Source: an uncultured Candidatus Saccharibacteria bacterium
Lineage (GTDB): Bacteria > Patescibacteriota > Doudnabacteria > UBA920
NCBI GenBank assembly: GCA_964617815.1
Contig: CAZTXY010000002.1
Span: 39,343 to 103,342 of the forward strand
Reading direction: 5' to 3'
Length of the DNA: 64,000 nt
The translations under genes were made by a program, and so were the position numbers. Below are positions 6,840 through 17,030 of the stretch, one piece after another. The notes beneath the pieces were generated by a model that worked only from the letters and a program-made list of their open reading frames with translations, had not been told where the DNA came from and made no database searches. Position 1 is the first letter of the stretch, and each line of letters starts with the position of its first letter.

Positions 6840-9800
6840 TTATTCAGCCAATGCTTCTGGAACTATGTCAGCAACCGGCGCGGCTTCCATTTCCGCATCA
6901 CCACCAGCGCCAATGTTAGCAGCCAAAGTTGCCGCATCTAATATTTCCTGTGCAGCTGCTGGGTTAAAGCCAGTTCCTGCTGGAATCAATTTTCCAATAA
7001 TCACATTTTCTTTCAATCCACGCAAGTAATCGGTTTTACCGGTCACAGCAGCTTCAATCAAGACGCGAGTAGTTTCTTGGAAAGATGCCGCAGCTAAGAA
7101 TGAATCGGTATTCAAAGAAATTTTGGTAATACCCATAAGCAGTTGCTCTGCTTTAGCAGGCTGTTTGCCGTTTTTAACTAAGTGTTCGTTAATTTCATCA
7201 AAGCGAGCTTTGTCGGCCATATCGCTGGTAATAAAGTCGCTGTCTCCACTATCAATAACGCGAACCTTACCAAACATTTGGCGAACAATAACTTCAACGT
7301 GTTTATCGTGAATATCCTGCCCTTGAGAGACATAAATATCTTGAACTTCTTTAACTACATATTTTTGCGCAGCTTCTGTACCCTGAAGTTCCATAATCTG
7401 AGAAGGATTTAAGTTACCTTCTGTGAGCGGTTGGCCTTTAGTAACCAAATCGCCTTCTTTAACTAGAAGAGAGAAGCTACCAGGGATGCTATATTCTTTA
7501 AGCTCATCACTTTCATGAACAACAACCAAACTATTTTTATCAATTCGGACAATTCCCACATTTTCTGCTTTGATAGTTTTACCAGTTTCATCCACAAATA
7601 ATGAGTCACCATTTTCAGCATGTGCGCCATTTTTTACAAATGGTTGGGAGCCAGTTGGCATAGTGTACATATCTTTTTTAACATCTGCTCCAGAAATTAC
7701 CACAACCTGCTCTTTACTGCTTACTGAAGTAATAGAAACCTGACCATCAATCTCAGCTACTGTAGCTTGTCCTTTTGGTTCACGAACTTCAAACAATTCT
7801 TCAACGCGAGGAAGTCCTTGAGTAATATCTTTTACCGAAGCCGAACCACCAGTATGAAAAGTACGCATAGTCAACTGGGTTCCAGGCTCACCGATAGCTT
7901 GTGCGGCCACAATTCCAACCGCAGCTCCAAGCTCAACCATTTTGTTAAACCCAAGGTCATAACCGTAACAGACACGGCAAATTCCACGAGTCAATTTACA
8001 CTTCAATACACTGCGACATTTGACTTCACTGGTTTCGCTGTCAGCAATTATTTTTGCTTGTTCATCGTCGATACCATTGTTGCGAGCGACTATCAAATTA
8101 CCTTCTTTATCTTTAATATCTTCTGCGGCCACGCGACCAAAAAGTCTACGGTCAAAAGCTTTGTTCATGGCATCACTCTCAACTCGAGAAATAATGTCGA
8201 AGCTCTCAGTTCCACAGTCTTCAGCGTTTACAACCACATCCTGAGCAACGTCAACTAAACGACGAGTCAAGTATCCAGCATCAGCTGTACGAAGAGCGGT
8301 GTCAGACATACCTTTTCGAGAACCGTGAGTGGAAATAAAATATTCCAAAACACCAAGTCCTTCTTTAAAACTACCGCGGCAAGGAAGTTCAATAACATCA
8401 CCAGCAGGGTTAACCACGAGTCCTTTCATTCCAGCCATTTGGTTAATCTGAGAGAAAGAACCACGAGCACCAGAACTTACCATATAGTTTACTGTACTAT
8501 GGTCTTCAACTGTACCCACAACGGCTTTCGCAATTTTTTCAGATGCACCAGCCCAAATTTCAATTACACGGCCATAGCGTTCGTCTTCAGTAAGTAGACC
8601 TTCGCGATGTTGCTCGTAAGAAGCTTGCACTTCTTCGTCCGCAGTTTTCAAAATATCATATTTATTATCAGGAACGCGCAGGTCATCCATTCCCCAGGAA
8701 AGACCAGACTTTTTCATGTACGTAAATCCTGTGCGCTTGATTTCATCAATCAGTTCAGCAGTTTTTTCATTACCAAACATGCGATAAGCTTCGCGAACTA
8801 AAGCCTGCAAACGTTTTTTATCAAAGGCCTCATTGCGATAACCTAATTCCGGAGGAACAATTTTGTTAAAAATCAAACGTCCAACGGAAGTTTCAACTAT
8901 TTCACCATTGTCGAATCTTACTTTAATCCGAGCCTGAACATGAACATAGCCATTGTTATAAGCCATGAGGGCTTCGGAAGAATCAGCAAAAATTTTGCCT
9001 TCACCCTTTAAGCCTTCGCGCATCTTTGTAATGTAGAAACAGCCTACCACAACGTCCTTGTCAGGAGTCATCACTGGGTTTCCGGAAGCAGGCTTCAACA
9101 AATTGTGAGCAGAAACCATAATCTCGCGCGCCTCTTTTTGTGCCGCTTCTGTTAGAGGAACATGAACAGCCATTTGGTCACCATCAAAGTCAGCATTAAA
9201 AGCCGCACAGACCATAGGGTGAAGCTGAATAGCTTTACCTTCAATAAGTACTGGCTGAAAAGCTTGGAAACCAAGTCTATGCAAAGTTGGAGCACGGTTA
9301 AGAAGAACGTAGTGATCTTTAGTAACTTCTTCTAAAATATCGTAAACTTCAGTACGAGCTTGTTCGATAAGGCGGTTAGCACTGCGAACATTATGAGCAT
9401 ATTCACGAGCAATAAGTTTGGAAATAACGAAAGGTTTAAATAATTCCAAAGCCATTAATTTTGGCAAACCACATTGATGCAGTTTCAAGTGTGGTCCTAC
9501 AACAATAACTGAGCGACCACTGTAGTCGACACGCTTTCCAAGCAAGTTCTGACGAAAACGTCCCTGTTTTCCTTTAAGCATGTCTGCTAAACTACGAAGC
9601 TTTCGCTTTTGTCCAGTAGAAGCAGTAACTTCTTTGCCGTGACGAACGGAGTTGTCGATAAGTGCATCCACCGCTTCTTGCAACATACGCTTTTCGTTTC
9701 GAGTTATAACCTCTGGAGACTTAATTTCCAAAAGTTTTTTCAGGCGATTGTTACGGTTAATAACACGTCGATATAAATCATTTAAATCGCTCGCTGCAAA

Positions 9801-10793
9801 ACGGCCACCATCAAGTTGCACCATTGGGCGAAGGTCTGGAGGAATAACTGGCAAGTGAGTAGTTAACATCCATTCAGGACGAAGACCTGCATTGATTAAA
9901 GACTTAGCCAACTTTAATCTGCGCAAAGCTTTCTTTGCGGCTTGGCCTTCCAAATTTTTAACCTGAGTTTCAAGGTCACTTGCAAGCTGTTCAAGGTTTA
10001 CTTCTTCAAGCAACCCTTGCAAAGCCTCAGCACCAATACCTGCTGTAAAAACAGGACCGTACTTCATAGATAAATCGCGGTAATCTAGCTCAGAGATAAT
10101 TTGCATTTTTTTAATGCTCTTTAACTCGCTTCTGGCTTGATCGCGAATGTCTTCTAAATTTTTAAGCTCTTTGGCCCACAAGTCTTGCAAGCGGGTAATC
10201 TCTGCGTCAACTTTAGCGGCCAAAACATCTGCATCTTGTTTTTTGCCAGCCTCTTGGTGAACACTACTACGAGCTTTAGCAATTAAAGTTTCATAACGGC
10301 TCTCTATATCTTTTTTCTTAGCTTTAAACTCACCTTCAATCTGCTCAACAGTGGAAGCGCGGGCATCTTCGTCAACAGAAGTAATAATATATGCGGCAAA
10401 GTAAACTAATTTTTCCAAATCCTGAACACCAAGATCAAGAACTAACCCAATACGACTTGGCACGCCACGAAGGAACCAAATGTGCGCAACAGGGACAGCC
10501 AACTTAATATGACCCATACGTTCACGACGAACTGAGGCTTTAGTAACTTCTACGCCACACTTATCACAAACAATATTTTTATAACGAATGCGTTTGTACT
10601 TACCGCAATAACATTCCCAGTCCTTAATGGGACCAAAAATCTTTTCATCAAATAAGCCGTCTTTTTCTGGACGCTGAGTTCGGTAGTTAATAGTTTCTGG
10701 CTTAGTAATCTCACCGTGAGACCAAGACAAAATTGTCTCTGGGCTAGCCAGTTTAATTTTTACACCTTTGAATTCTTCGGTCTGTGTCAACAT
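6840..10793 (-). CDS. rpoC: DNA-directed RNA polymerase subunit beta' (1317 aa)
   Basis: [12 protein letters not shown] catalytic motif, zinc-binding Cys cluster [22 protein letters not shown], trigger loop and bridge helix regions. Confidence 0.97.
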   Translation of the reverse strand: MLTQTEEFKGVKIKLASPETILSWSHGEITKPETINYRTQRPEKDGLFDEKIFGPIKDWECYCGKYKRIRYKNIVCDKCGVEVTKASVRRERMGHIKLAVPVAHIWFLRGVPSRIGLVLDLGVQDLEKLVYFAAYIITSVDEDARASTVEQIEGEFKAKKKDIESRYETLIAKARSSVHQEAGKKQDADVLAAKVDAEITRLQDLWAKELKNLEDIRDQARSELKSIKKMQIISELDYRDLSMKYGPVFTAGIGAEALQGLLEEVNLEQLASDLETQVKNLEGQAAKKALRRLKLAKSLINAGLRPEWMLTTHLPVIPPDLRPMVQLDGGRFAASDLNDLYRRVINRNNRLKKLLEIKSPEVITRNEKRMLQEAVDALIDNSVRHGKEVTASTGQKRKLRSLADMLKGKQGRFRQNLLGKRVDYSGRSVIVVGPHLKLHQCGLPKLMALELFKPFVISKLIAREYAHNVRSANRLIEQARTEVYDILEEVTKDHYVLLNRAPTLHRLGFQAFQPVLIEGKAIQLHPMVCAAFNADFDGDQMAVHVPLTEAAQKEAREIMVSAHNLLKPASGNPVMTPDKDVVVGCFYITKMREGLKGEGKIFADSSEALMAYNNGYVHVQARIKVRFDNGEIVETSVGRLIFNKIVPPELGYRNEAFDKKRLQALVREAYRMFGNEKTAELIDEIKRTGFTYMKKSGLSWGMDDLRVPDNKYDILKTADEEVQASYEQHREGLLTEDERYGRVIEIWAGASEKIAKAVVGTVEDHSTVNYMVSSGARGSFSQINQMAGMKGLVVNPAGDVIELPCRGSFKEGLGVLEYFISTHGSRKGMSDTALRTADAGYLTRRLVDVAQDVVVNAEDCGTESFDIISRVESDAMNKAFDRRLFGRVAAEDIKDKEGNLIVARNNGIDDEQAKIIADSETSEVKCRSVLKCKLTRGICRVCYGYDLGFNKMVELGAAVGIVAAQAIGEPGTQLTMRTFHTGGSASVKDITQGLPRVEELFEVREPKGQATVAEIDGQVSITSVSSKEQVVVISGADVKKDMYTMPTGSQPFVKNGAHAENGDSLFVDETGKTIKAENVGIVRIDKNSLVVVHESDELKEYSIPGSFSLLVKEGDLVTKGQPLTEGNLNPSQIMELQGTEAAQKYVVKEVQDIYVSQGQDIHDKHVEVIVRQMFGKVRVIDSGDSDFITSDMADKARFDEINEHLVKNGKQPAKAEQLLMGITKISLNTDSFLAAASFQETTRVLIEAAVTGKTDYLRGLKENVIIGKLIPAGTGFNPAAAQEILDAATLAANIGAGGDAEMEAAPVADIVPEALAE

Positions 10794-10860
10794 AGTAGTA
10801 AAATATCTAATTTCTAATGTCTAATGAGCTCTTTAGAAATTACTGATTAGTTATTAGAAA

Positions 10861-13800
10861 TTATTTCTTAGCCTTATCTTTCTTTTTCTTGTCTTTTTTG
10901 AGTGGTTCGTCAAATAAAGACACAGTTGGAACTTGCGGTATCGACACAACCGCAGGGGCGTCGTCTATAGTAGGATCTCGTTCTTCCGTTGCACTGCTTA
11001 CCTGGCCACCTTCGCCAAGAAGCTCAACGTCGAGCGACAAACTTTGTAATTCTTTAACCAAAACACGGAATGACTCTGGTACATTTGGCTTTTTAATTGG
11101 CTCACCTTTAACAATAGCTTCATAAGTTTTACTGCGGCCAACCACGTCGTCGGATTTGATTGTCAGCATTTCTTGCAAAGTGTGTGCAGCACCATAACCT
11201 TCGAGCGCCCACACTTCCATTTCACCAAAACGCTGTCCACCAAACTGAGCTTTACCACCAAGTGGCTGTTGAGTAATTAAACTGTATGGTCCAGTACTTC
11301 GAGCATGCATTTTGTCGTCTACTAAGTGATGCAGTTTCAAAATATAAGTAATACCAACGGTGACACGCTCATCAAATGACTCACCAGTCTTACCGTCGTA
11401 TAAAGTGACCTTACCGTCTTTTGGAATACCAGCTTTTTCTAGCTCTTCTTTTATCTGATCTTCTGAAATTCCATCAAGTACTGGAGTTGCAATGTTGTAA
11501 CCCAAACGTTTAGCAGCAATACCCAAATGGGTTTCTAAAATCTGACCCAAGTTCATACGACTCACCACACCAAGAGGGTTTAAGATAATATCGACAGGTG
11601 TTCCATCTTCCATAAATGGCATATCTTCGACAGGAATAATTTTAGAGATAACACCCTTGTTTCCATGACGGCCAGCCATTTTATCTCCAACTTGAATTTT
11701 GCGCAAAACCGCAACTGAAACTTGAATAGACCGAATAACCCCAGAAGGGAGCTTGTCACCAACATCTCTCCTAAACTCACGGATGTTAACAACCTTACCG
11801 TACTCACCATGTGGCAAAGACAGAGAAGTGTCTTTGACGTCGCGGGATTTTTCACCAAAAATAACTCGTAATAGTTTTTCTTCGGCAGTTAAATCGGTTT
11901 CACCTTTTGGTGTAATTTTTCCAACTAAAATATCACCGGCTTTAACTTGTGCGCCAATACGAATTACACCAGTCTCGTCTAAATCTTTCAATTTTTCTTC
12001 ACCAACATTTGGAATATCACGAGTCACAATTTCAGGACCTAACTTAGTATCGCGAACATCAATTTTAAAATCTTCAATATGGACAGACGTGTAGCGATCT
12101 TGTTGCACTAAGCGCGAAGACAACAAAATAGCATCTTCGTAGTTTCCACCTTCCCAAGACATAAAGGCTACGAGCAAATTCTGCCCCAAGGCTAATTCAC
12201 CATGTTCGGTGGAAGTACCGTCGGCCAAAACGTCCCCTGCTTTTACTTTTTGACCACGAGTGACGCGCGCAATTTGGTTGATAGAAGTTCCACTATTAGT
12301 ACGGACGAACTTCAAAAGATCATACTCTTTTTTCTTACCCGAATCGTTTTGAACAATAATCTTGTCACCCATAACACTATGGACGACTCCAGACTCTTCT
12401 GACATAACCACTTGACCACTATCACGAGCAGCCTTACCTTCCATACCTGTACCAACAATTGGTGCTTGTGGAGCGATACAACTAACAGCCTGACGTTGCA
12501 TGTTACTGCCCATCAACGCGCGGTTAGCATCATCATGTTCCAAAAATGGAATAAGAGAAGTTGTAACAGAAATGATTTGTTTTGGGGAAACATCTAAACA
12601 GTCAATGTCGTTGGTCTCTGCAATGCTTGGCACGCCATGAACACGAACAGAAGTTCGCTCTTCAGTAAAGTAACCGTTTTCATCAACTTCAATGTTTGCC
12701 TGACCAATTGTTAAACGTTCTTCTTCGTAGGCGTCTAAATATTCTACCTTAGTTGTCACACGTGGCTTAATGCGCATTTCTTCCAAATCAACAACGCCTT
12801 TAAGTTCTTTAGCCTGCGCTTCGGTAATGACTGAGCCGGCTTGGACAATAATTTTTTTAGCATCTTTAATGTCGAAGATTGCAATCTCGCCCACTGCGTC
12901 TTTACCATCATTTTTGGCTACTGTCTTAACTTGGCGATATGGAGTCTCAATAAAACCAAAGTCATTAACCTTGGCGTAGGTGGCTAAGTGAGCAACCAAA
13001 CCAATGTTTGGTCCTTCAGGAGTGGTAATAGGACAAAGACGACCGTAGTGAGAACGGTGCACATCGCGAACTTCAAAACCAGCGCGCTCGCGAGACAACC
13101 CGCCAGGACCCATAGCAGAAAGGCGGCGCTTGTGCTCAAGTTCGGCTAATGGATTAGTTTGGTCCATAAACTGAGACAACTGTGAAGAAGAAAAGAACTC
13201 CTGCATAGCTGCAACAATTGGGCGCACGTGAATTAACTGAGCTGGAGTGACTGTTTCAAGGTCGGCCAGCGACATGCGATCCTTAGCAATACGAGCCATA
13301 CGTGCAAGACCCACACGGTAGCGAGTTTGGATTAACTCTCCTGCGGCGCGAACACGGCGGTTTGCCAAATGATCAATATCATCGGCAGCGGTTTGAGCAT
13401 TGTTTAAACGAATAATTTCTTTAACAACAGAAACAATATCTTCCTTAGTTAAAATGCGGCTATCATTGTCTTTTGGAAAATCGAGGCGTTGATTAAACTT
13501 ATAACGCCCAACTTCAGAAAGGTCATAGCGTTCAAAGTTAAAGAACATTGCAGTGATTAAAGATTTTGCGTTATCGACTGTGGCTAAATCTCCAGGACGA
13601 ATACGCTTATAGACTTCCTTAAATCCTTCATCTGCTGTAGTGGATGCATCTTTATCTAGAGTTGCTTGAATGAAACGATTTTCTGGATCTGTATCAACAT
13701 CTTTAAACTCTTCTAAAATTTCTTCATTAGTAGTTAAACCAAAAACACGCAGAAGAGCAGTAATAGGAATCCTGCGTTTGCGGTCAATTTTTACACCAAT

Positions 13801-14355
13801 AATATTAGCGTTGTCTGTATCGAGTTCAAGCCAAGCACCGCGGTTAGGAACGATCTTAGCGCCATAGACATTACGGCCACGACTAAACTCAGCTGTAAAA
13901 AAGACACCTGGGGATTTTATCAACTGGCTTACAACCACGCGCTCCACACCATTGATGACAAAAGTGCCGCGTGGGGTTAGCAATGGAAAATCACCAAAAT
14001 ACACGTCCTGTGTTTTGGTCTTACCTGTTACCTTATTTACTAATTTTGCACTTACGTAAAGAGGGGCTTCGTAACTAGTGTTACGTTCGCGAGAAGTATT
14101 CTCGTCGTACTTTGGTTTATCAAAAAAATAATCTCCAAACCATAGTTCCAAATTTTTGCCGGTAAAATCTTTAATTGGATTTATTTCGGCTAACAACTCT
14201 TTTAAACCTTTTTCAAAAAACCATTTGTATGAATCGAGTTGAATCTCGATTAAATTTGGCATCTGCGTAACTTCAGGAAGCTTACTAAAGAAACGACGAG
14301 TCATGCCTGTACTTGTGGCGGCCAATGAGGTGGCTGGCTTGGCTTTCGATGTCAT
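10861..14355 (-). CDS. rpoB: DNA-directed RNA polymerase subunit beta (1164 aa) with a Lys-rich C-terminal tail
   Basis: Conserved beta-subunit blocks (GRHGNKGV, rif region, etc.); C-terminus [14 protein letters not shown]. Confidence 0.97.
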   Translation of the reverse strand: MTSKAKPATSLAATSTGMTRRFFSKLPEVTQMPNLIEIQLDSYKWFFEKGLKELLAEINPIKDFTGKNLELWFGDYFFDKPKYDENTSRERNTSYEAPLYVSAKLVNKVTGKTKTQDVYFGDFPLLTPRGTFVINGVERVVVSQLIKSPGVFFTAEFSRGRNVYGAKIVPNRGAWLELDTDNANIIGVKIDRKRRIPITALLRVFGLTTNEEILEEFKDVDTDPENRFIQATLDKDASTTADEGFKEVYKRIRPGDLATVDNAKSLITAMFFNFERYDLSEVGRYKFNQRLDFPKDNDSRILTKEDIVSVVKEIIRLNNAQTAADDIDHLANRRVRAAGELIQTRYRVGLARMARIAKDRMSLADLETVTPAQLIHVRPIVAAMQEFFSSSQLSQFMDQTNPLAELEHKRRLSAMGPGGLSRERAGFEVRDVHRSHYGRLCPITTPEGPNIGLVAHLATYAKVNDFGFIETPYRQVKTVAKNDGKDAVGEIAIFDIKDAKKIIVQAGSVITEAQAKELKGVVDLEEMRIKPRVTTKVEYLDAYEEERLTIGQANIEVDENGYFTEERTSVRVHGVPSIAETNDIDCLDVSPKQIISVTTSLIPFLEHDDANRALMGSNMQRQAVSCIAPQAPIVGTGMEGKAARDSGQVVMSEESGVVHSVMGDKIIVQNDSGKKKEYDLLKFVRTNSGTSINQIARVTRGQKVKAGDVLADGTSTEHGELALGQNLLVAFMSWEGGNYEDAILLSSRLVQQDRYTSVHIEDFKIDVRDTKLGPEIVTRDIPNVGEEKLKDLDETGVIRIGAQVKAGDILVGKITPKGETDLTAEEKLLRVIFGEKSRDVKDTSLSLPHGEYGKVVNIREFRRDVGDKLPSGVIRSIQVSVAVLRKIQVGDKMAGRHGNKGVISKIIPVEDMPFMEDGTPVDIILNPLGVVSRMNLGQILETHLGIAAKRLGYNIATPVLDGISEDQIKEELEKAGIPKDGKVTLYDGKTGESFDERVTVGITYILKLHHLVDDKMHARSTGPYSLITQQPLGGKAQFGGQRFGEMEVWALEGYGAAHTLQEMLTIKSDDVVGRSKTYEAIVKGEPIKKPNVPESFRVLVKELQSLSLDVELLGEGGQVSSATEERDPTIDDAPAVVSIPQVPTVSLFDEPLKKDKKKKDKAKK

Positions 14356-14763
14356 GAACAGTTCATTTCATGCAACTCTTGTATACAAGGGCTGCACTTA
14401 TTAATGATAGAGGACACGAAAGTAGCGCTACCCAGTCTTCCAATAGTCTTGAAGGCTAGTACTACTCAATAGTGGATATAGACGAAGGTTATAAATTATG
14501 CTATACTACCTTTATCTGGTTGTAAGGAATTTCTCCTACCGACAAGAAACAAAAATAAATATCTTGAGGGCAAAAAAAATACCTCCTTTTTTGCATAGAC
14601 GCAAAAAAGGCCATTTAAAAATAGGCTTAATTTCCTATAGTTTTTTCCACATATCTATTATAACTCCAAATAATACTTTGTCAAGGGAAACCTTGACTTT
14701 TTTGTCTAAAAATCGCCTACTACACTCCTAGGATTCCCCTAGCAGGGGAGTTCTGCTTAGTCT

Positions 14764-14787
14764 TTGACTAAAAAACAATGCTATAAT
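14764..14787 (+). promoter_or_regulatory. ruvA promoter TTGACT-12-TATAAT, with the -10 box 6 nt before the ATG (leaderless-type)
   Basis: TATAAT at 14782-14787, ATG at 14794. The ORF-track start at 14764 is a TTG inside the promoter. The -35/-10 spacer is short, so the call is low confidence. Confidence 0.35.
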
Positions 14788-14793
14788 AAGCAT

Positions 14794-15351
14794 ATGATCT
14801 CCTATTTAAAAGGAAAAATCCTAGAAAAAACAACCAATTTTGTAATTTTAGAGAATCAGGGCATTGGATATAAGGTTTTTGTTACCCCTGAGACGCTAGA
14901 AACTGGAATTGGACAAGAAATCAGCCTTTATACTTATCAAAAGATTAGTGATGATGGGCATTTTCTCTATGGTTTGCCTAATTTTGCAACCTTGCAGTTC
15001 TTTGAAATGCTTATCAGCGTATCTGGAGTTGGCCCAAAAGTTGCTCTTGGGATCCTTTCTTCAGCAAAAACTGGCATAATTGAGCAGGCTATTGGCAATC
15101 AAGACCCTGAAATATTTACTCGGATGAGCGGAGTAGGTAAAAAAACAGCGGAGCGTATCATTTTAGAGCTTAAGAATAAAGTTTCAACTTTAGGAATAGC
15201 TTCAAATACTGGCGGTAGTGATATTTTTGATGCTTTAGTGGCTTTAGGCTATAAAAATTATGAAGTGCGTGAAGCAATACAAAAACTAGACACTTCCCTC
15301 TCAACAGAGCAACAACTAAAGGAAGCTTTAAAATTACTAAGTAACAAATAA
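14794..15351 (+). CDS. ruvA: Holliday junction branch migration protein RuvA
   Basis: MISYLKGKILEK..., HhH motifs VSGVGPKVALGIL and MSGVGKKTAERII. Start chosen at the in-frame ATG 14794. Confidence 0.85.
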   Translation: MISYLKGKILEKTTNFVILENQGIGYKVFVTPETLETGIGQEISLYTYQKISDDGHFLYGLPNFATLQFFEMLISVSGVGPKVALGILSSAKTGIIEQAIGNQDPEIFTRMSGVGKKTAERIILELKNKVSTLGIASNTGGSDIFDALVALGYKNYEVREAIQKLDTSLSTEQQLKEALKLLSNK

Positions 15352-15353
15352 GC

Positions 15354-16385
15354 ATGCAATTTATTGCTCTAGAGGAACAAGACAAGCAAAGATATAATGA
15401 TTTTGTCATTGGACATGATGGCAGCTTTTTGCAAAGTTGGGACTGGGGTAACTGGCAAGAATTTGCCGGCAAACAGGCCCACCGCTTTTTCATTAACGAC
15501 GATACCGGGGTAACCCTTTTAGCAGGACAGGTTGTAACGACAGCAGCCCTACTAAATAAATTCTATTTGTATACGCCTTATGGTCCAGTGGTACATGACC
15601 CAAATGATCAGGAAGTTTTAGCATTTTTTATAACAGAGCTACAAAAACTTTTTCCAAAAACTATTTTCATTCGCATAGAACCACAGTGGCGAACAACACA
15701 TCAACTGCCTGGGATAAAAAGTACAAATATTCAACCTGGGCGCACGCTAATAGTAGATATAAAACAATCAGAAGAGACATTACTATCACAAATGCATCCA
15801 AAGACTCGTTATAATATTCGCTTAGCACAAAAGCATGGAGTAGAAATAGAACAAGAAACTTTTTCCAACAACGAACACAGCTTATTTTTTAAAGAAGCCT
15901 TTAAATTAATTACAGAAACAGCAGAACGACAAGGATACCTTAATCATCCACTTGCATACTATGAAAAGTTGTTAGATTTTTTTTCAAAAAATAAAAGCGA
16001 AAATGCTCTCAGCATTGCTGTCTACCGCGCCATCTATAATAAAAGCTTGCTTGCCAGCAGCGTAATGATAGATTTTGGAGCCACTCGAACCTACCTATTT
16101 GGAGGATCAAGTGATCAACAAAGAAATGTCATGGCTCCCTACGCGCTACACTGGCAAGCCATGATGGACGCAAAAAAAATGGGGCTAGAAATGTACGACT
16201 TCGATGGACTTGAACTCTCAGTTGGCAAACAAGCCCAATTTGCGCGCTTCAAACAAGGCTTTGGAGGACAGATAGTGGAATTTTCAGGAGCTTACGACAT
16301 AATTCAAAATGGATTATGGTACACTATCTATAGTGTCTTGCGAAAAATTAACAGATTTATCAAACACCTTAACACTAAGTACTAA
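15354..16385 (+). CDS. FemAB-family peptidyltransferase (peptidoglycan interpeptide-bridge formation, GNAT fold)
   Basis: 343 aa. N-terminal DFVIGHDGSFLQSWDWGNW and conserved central/C-terminal blocks of Fem/FmhB-type lipid II aminoacyltransferases. Confidence 0.7.
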   Translation: MQFIALEEQDKQRYNDFVIGHDGSFLQSWDWGNWQEFAGKQAHRFFINDDTGVTLLAGQVVTTAALLNKFYLYTPYGPVVHDPNDQEVLAFFITELQKLFPKTIFIRIEPQWRTTHQLPGIKSTNIQPGRTLIVDIKQSEETLLSQMHPKTRYNIRLAQKHGVEIEQETFSNNEHSLFFKEAFKLITETAERQGYLNHPLAYYEKLLDFFSKNKSENALSIAVYRAIYNKSLLASSVMIDFGATRTYLFGGSSDQQRNVMAPYALHWQAMMDAKKMGLEMYDFDGLELSVGKQAQFARFKQGFGGQIVEFSGAYDIIQNGLWYTIYSVLRKINRFIKHLNTKY

Positions 16386-16409
16386 GTACTTAGTACCGAG
16401 TACTTAGTT
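16374..16409. repeat. Cluster of AGTACT-centred palindromic repeats (includes the perfect 12-bp palindrome ctaagtacttag) between the FemAB stop and the next ATG
   Basis: Sequence ctaagtactaagtacttagtaccgagtacttagtt contains four AGTACT hexamers. Confidence 0.6.
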
Positions 16410-17000
16410 ATGAAACAACAATATAAAATTTGCGTCTCGGGTTCTGCGAAAGATAACTGCTTACCTGGGGCATTTAAAAAAGCAGAGATTACTGGTTACG
16501 AAATAGCAAAACAAGGGGCAGTGCTGATGACTGGAGCTACTATTGGAATTCCGCTTTGGGCCACGCGAGGGGCAAAGCGCGGCAAAGGACTCTCTATTGG
16601 CTTGTCGCCTGCATCAACCCTAAGAGAACACATCAACACCTACAAACTGCCAACTGACTATATGGACTTAATCATTTACACAGGCTTTGATTATTCCGGG
16701 CGAAACCTGCTTCTTACACGAAGTAGTGATGCGGTCATAGAAATTTGTGGGCGTGTAGGAACGTTAAACGAATTTACCATCGCTTTTGAAGATAAAAAAC
16801 CAATCGGCGTACTTTTGGAAACTGGCGGAGTCAGCGATGAAATTAAGCACATTCTCCGAGTCTCAAAACGCGGAGAAAAAGATATTATTTTTGACACAGA
16901 TCCAAAACGCCTTGTAAAAAAAATTCTTGCTGTGTTAAGAAAAAAGGATAGAGAAATAAAAAAACACAGTAGGCCTCAATTAAAATTATCTTTAGAATAA
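16410..17000 (+). CDS. LOG/TIGR00725-family Rossmann-fold protein (lysine-decarboxylase-like / cytokinin riboside 5'-monophosphate phosphoribohydrolase family)
   Basis: ICVSGS..., TGATIGIPLWA and GRVGTLNEF motifs characteristic of PF03641/TIGR00725. Confidence 0.55.
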   Translation: MKQQYKICVSGSAKDNCLPGAFKKAEITGYEIAKQGAVLMTGATIGIPLWATRGAKRGKGLSIGLSPASTLREHINTYKLPTDYMDLIIYTGFDYSGRNLLLTRSSDAVIEICGRVGTLNEFTIAFEDKKPIGVLLETGGVSDEIKHILRVSKRGEKDIIFDTDPKRLVKKILAVLRKKDREIKKHSRPQLKLSLE

Positions 17001-17030
17001 AAAAATCCCGCGTACAGCGGGATTTTTTTA
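17001..17030. terminator. Bidirectional intrinsic terminator (atcccgc gtaca gcgggat with A-run and T-run)
   Basis: Perfect 7-bp stem between the convergent genes 16410-17000 (+) and 17031-19643 (-). Confidence 0.8.

Noticed and set aside
7123-9858. Multiple 60-160-aa plus-strand ORFs inside rpoC (7123-7311, 7767-8258, 8325-8597, 9652-9858 etc.) and inside rpoB (10889-11125, 11753-12094, 13670-13867 ...).
   Set aside because: Antisense shadows of highly conserved, clearly coding rpoB/rpoC.
14498-14731. 77-aa ORF in the rpoB-ruvA spacer.
   Set aside because: AT-rich, low-complexity, no start context. The region is better explained as a promoter/leader spacer with A/T hairpins.
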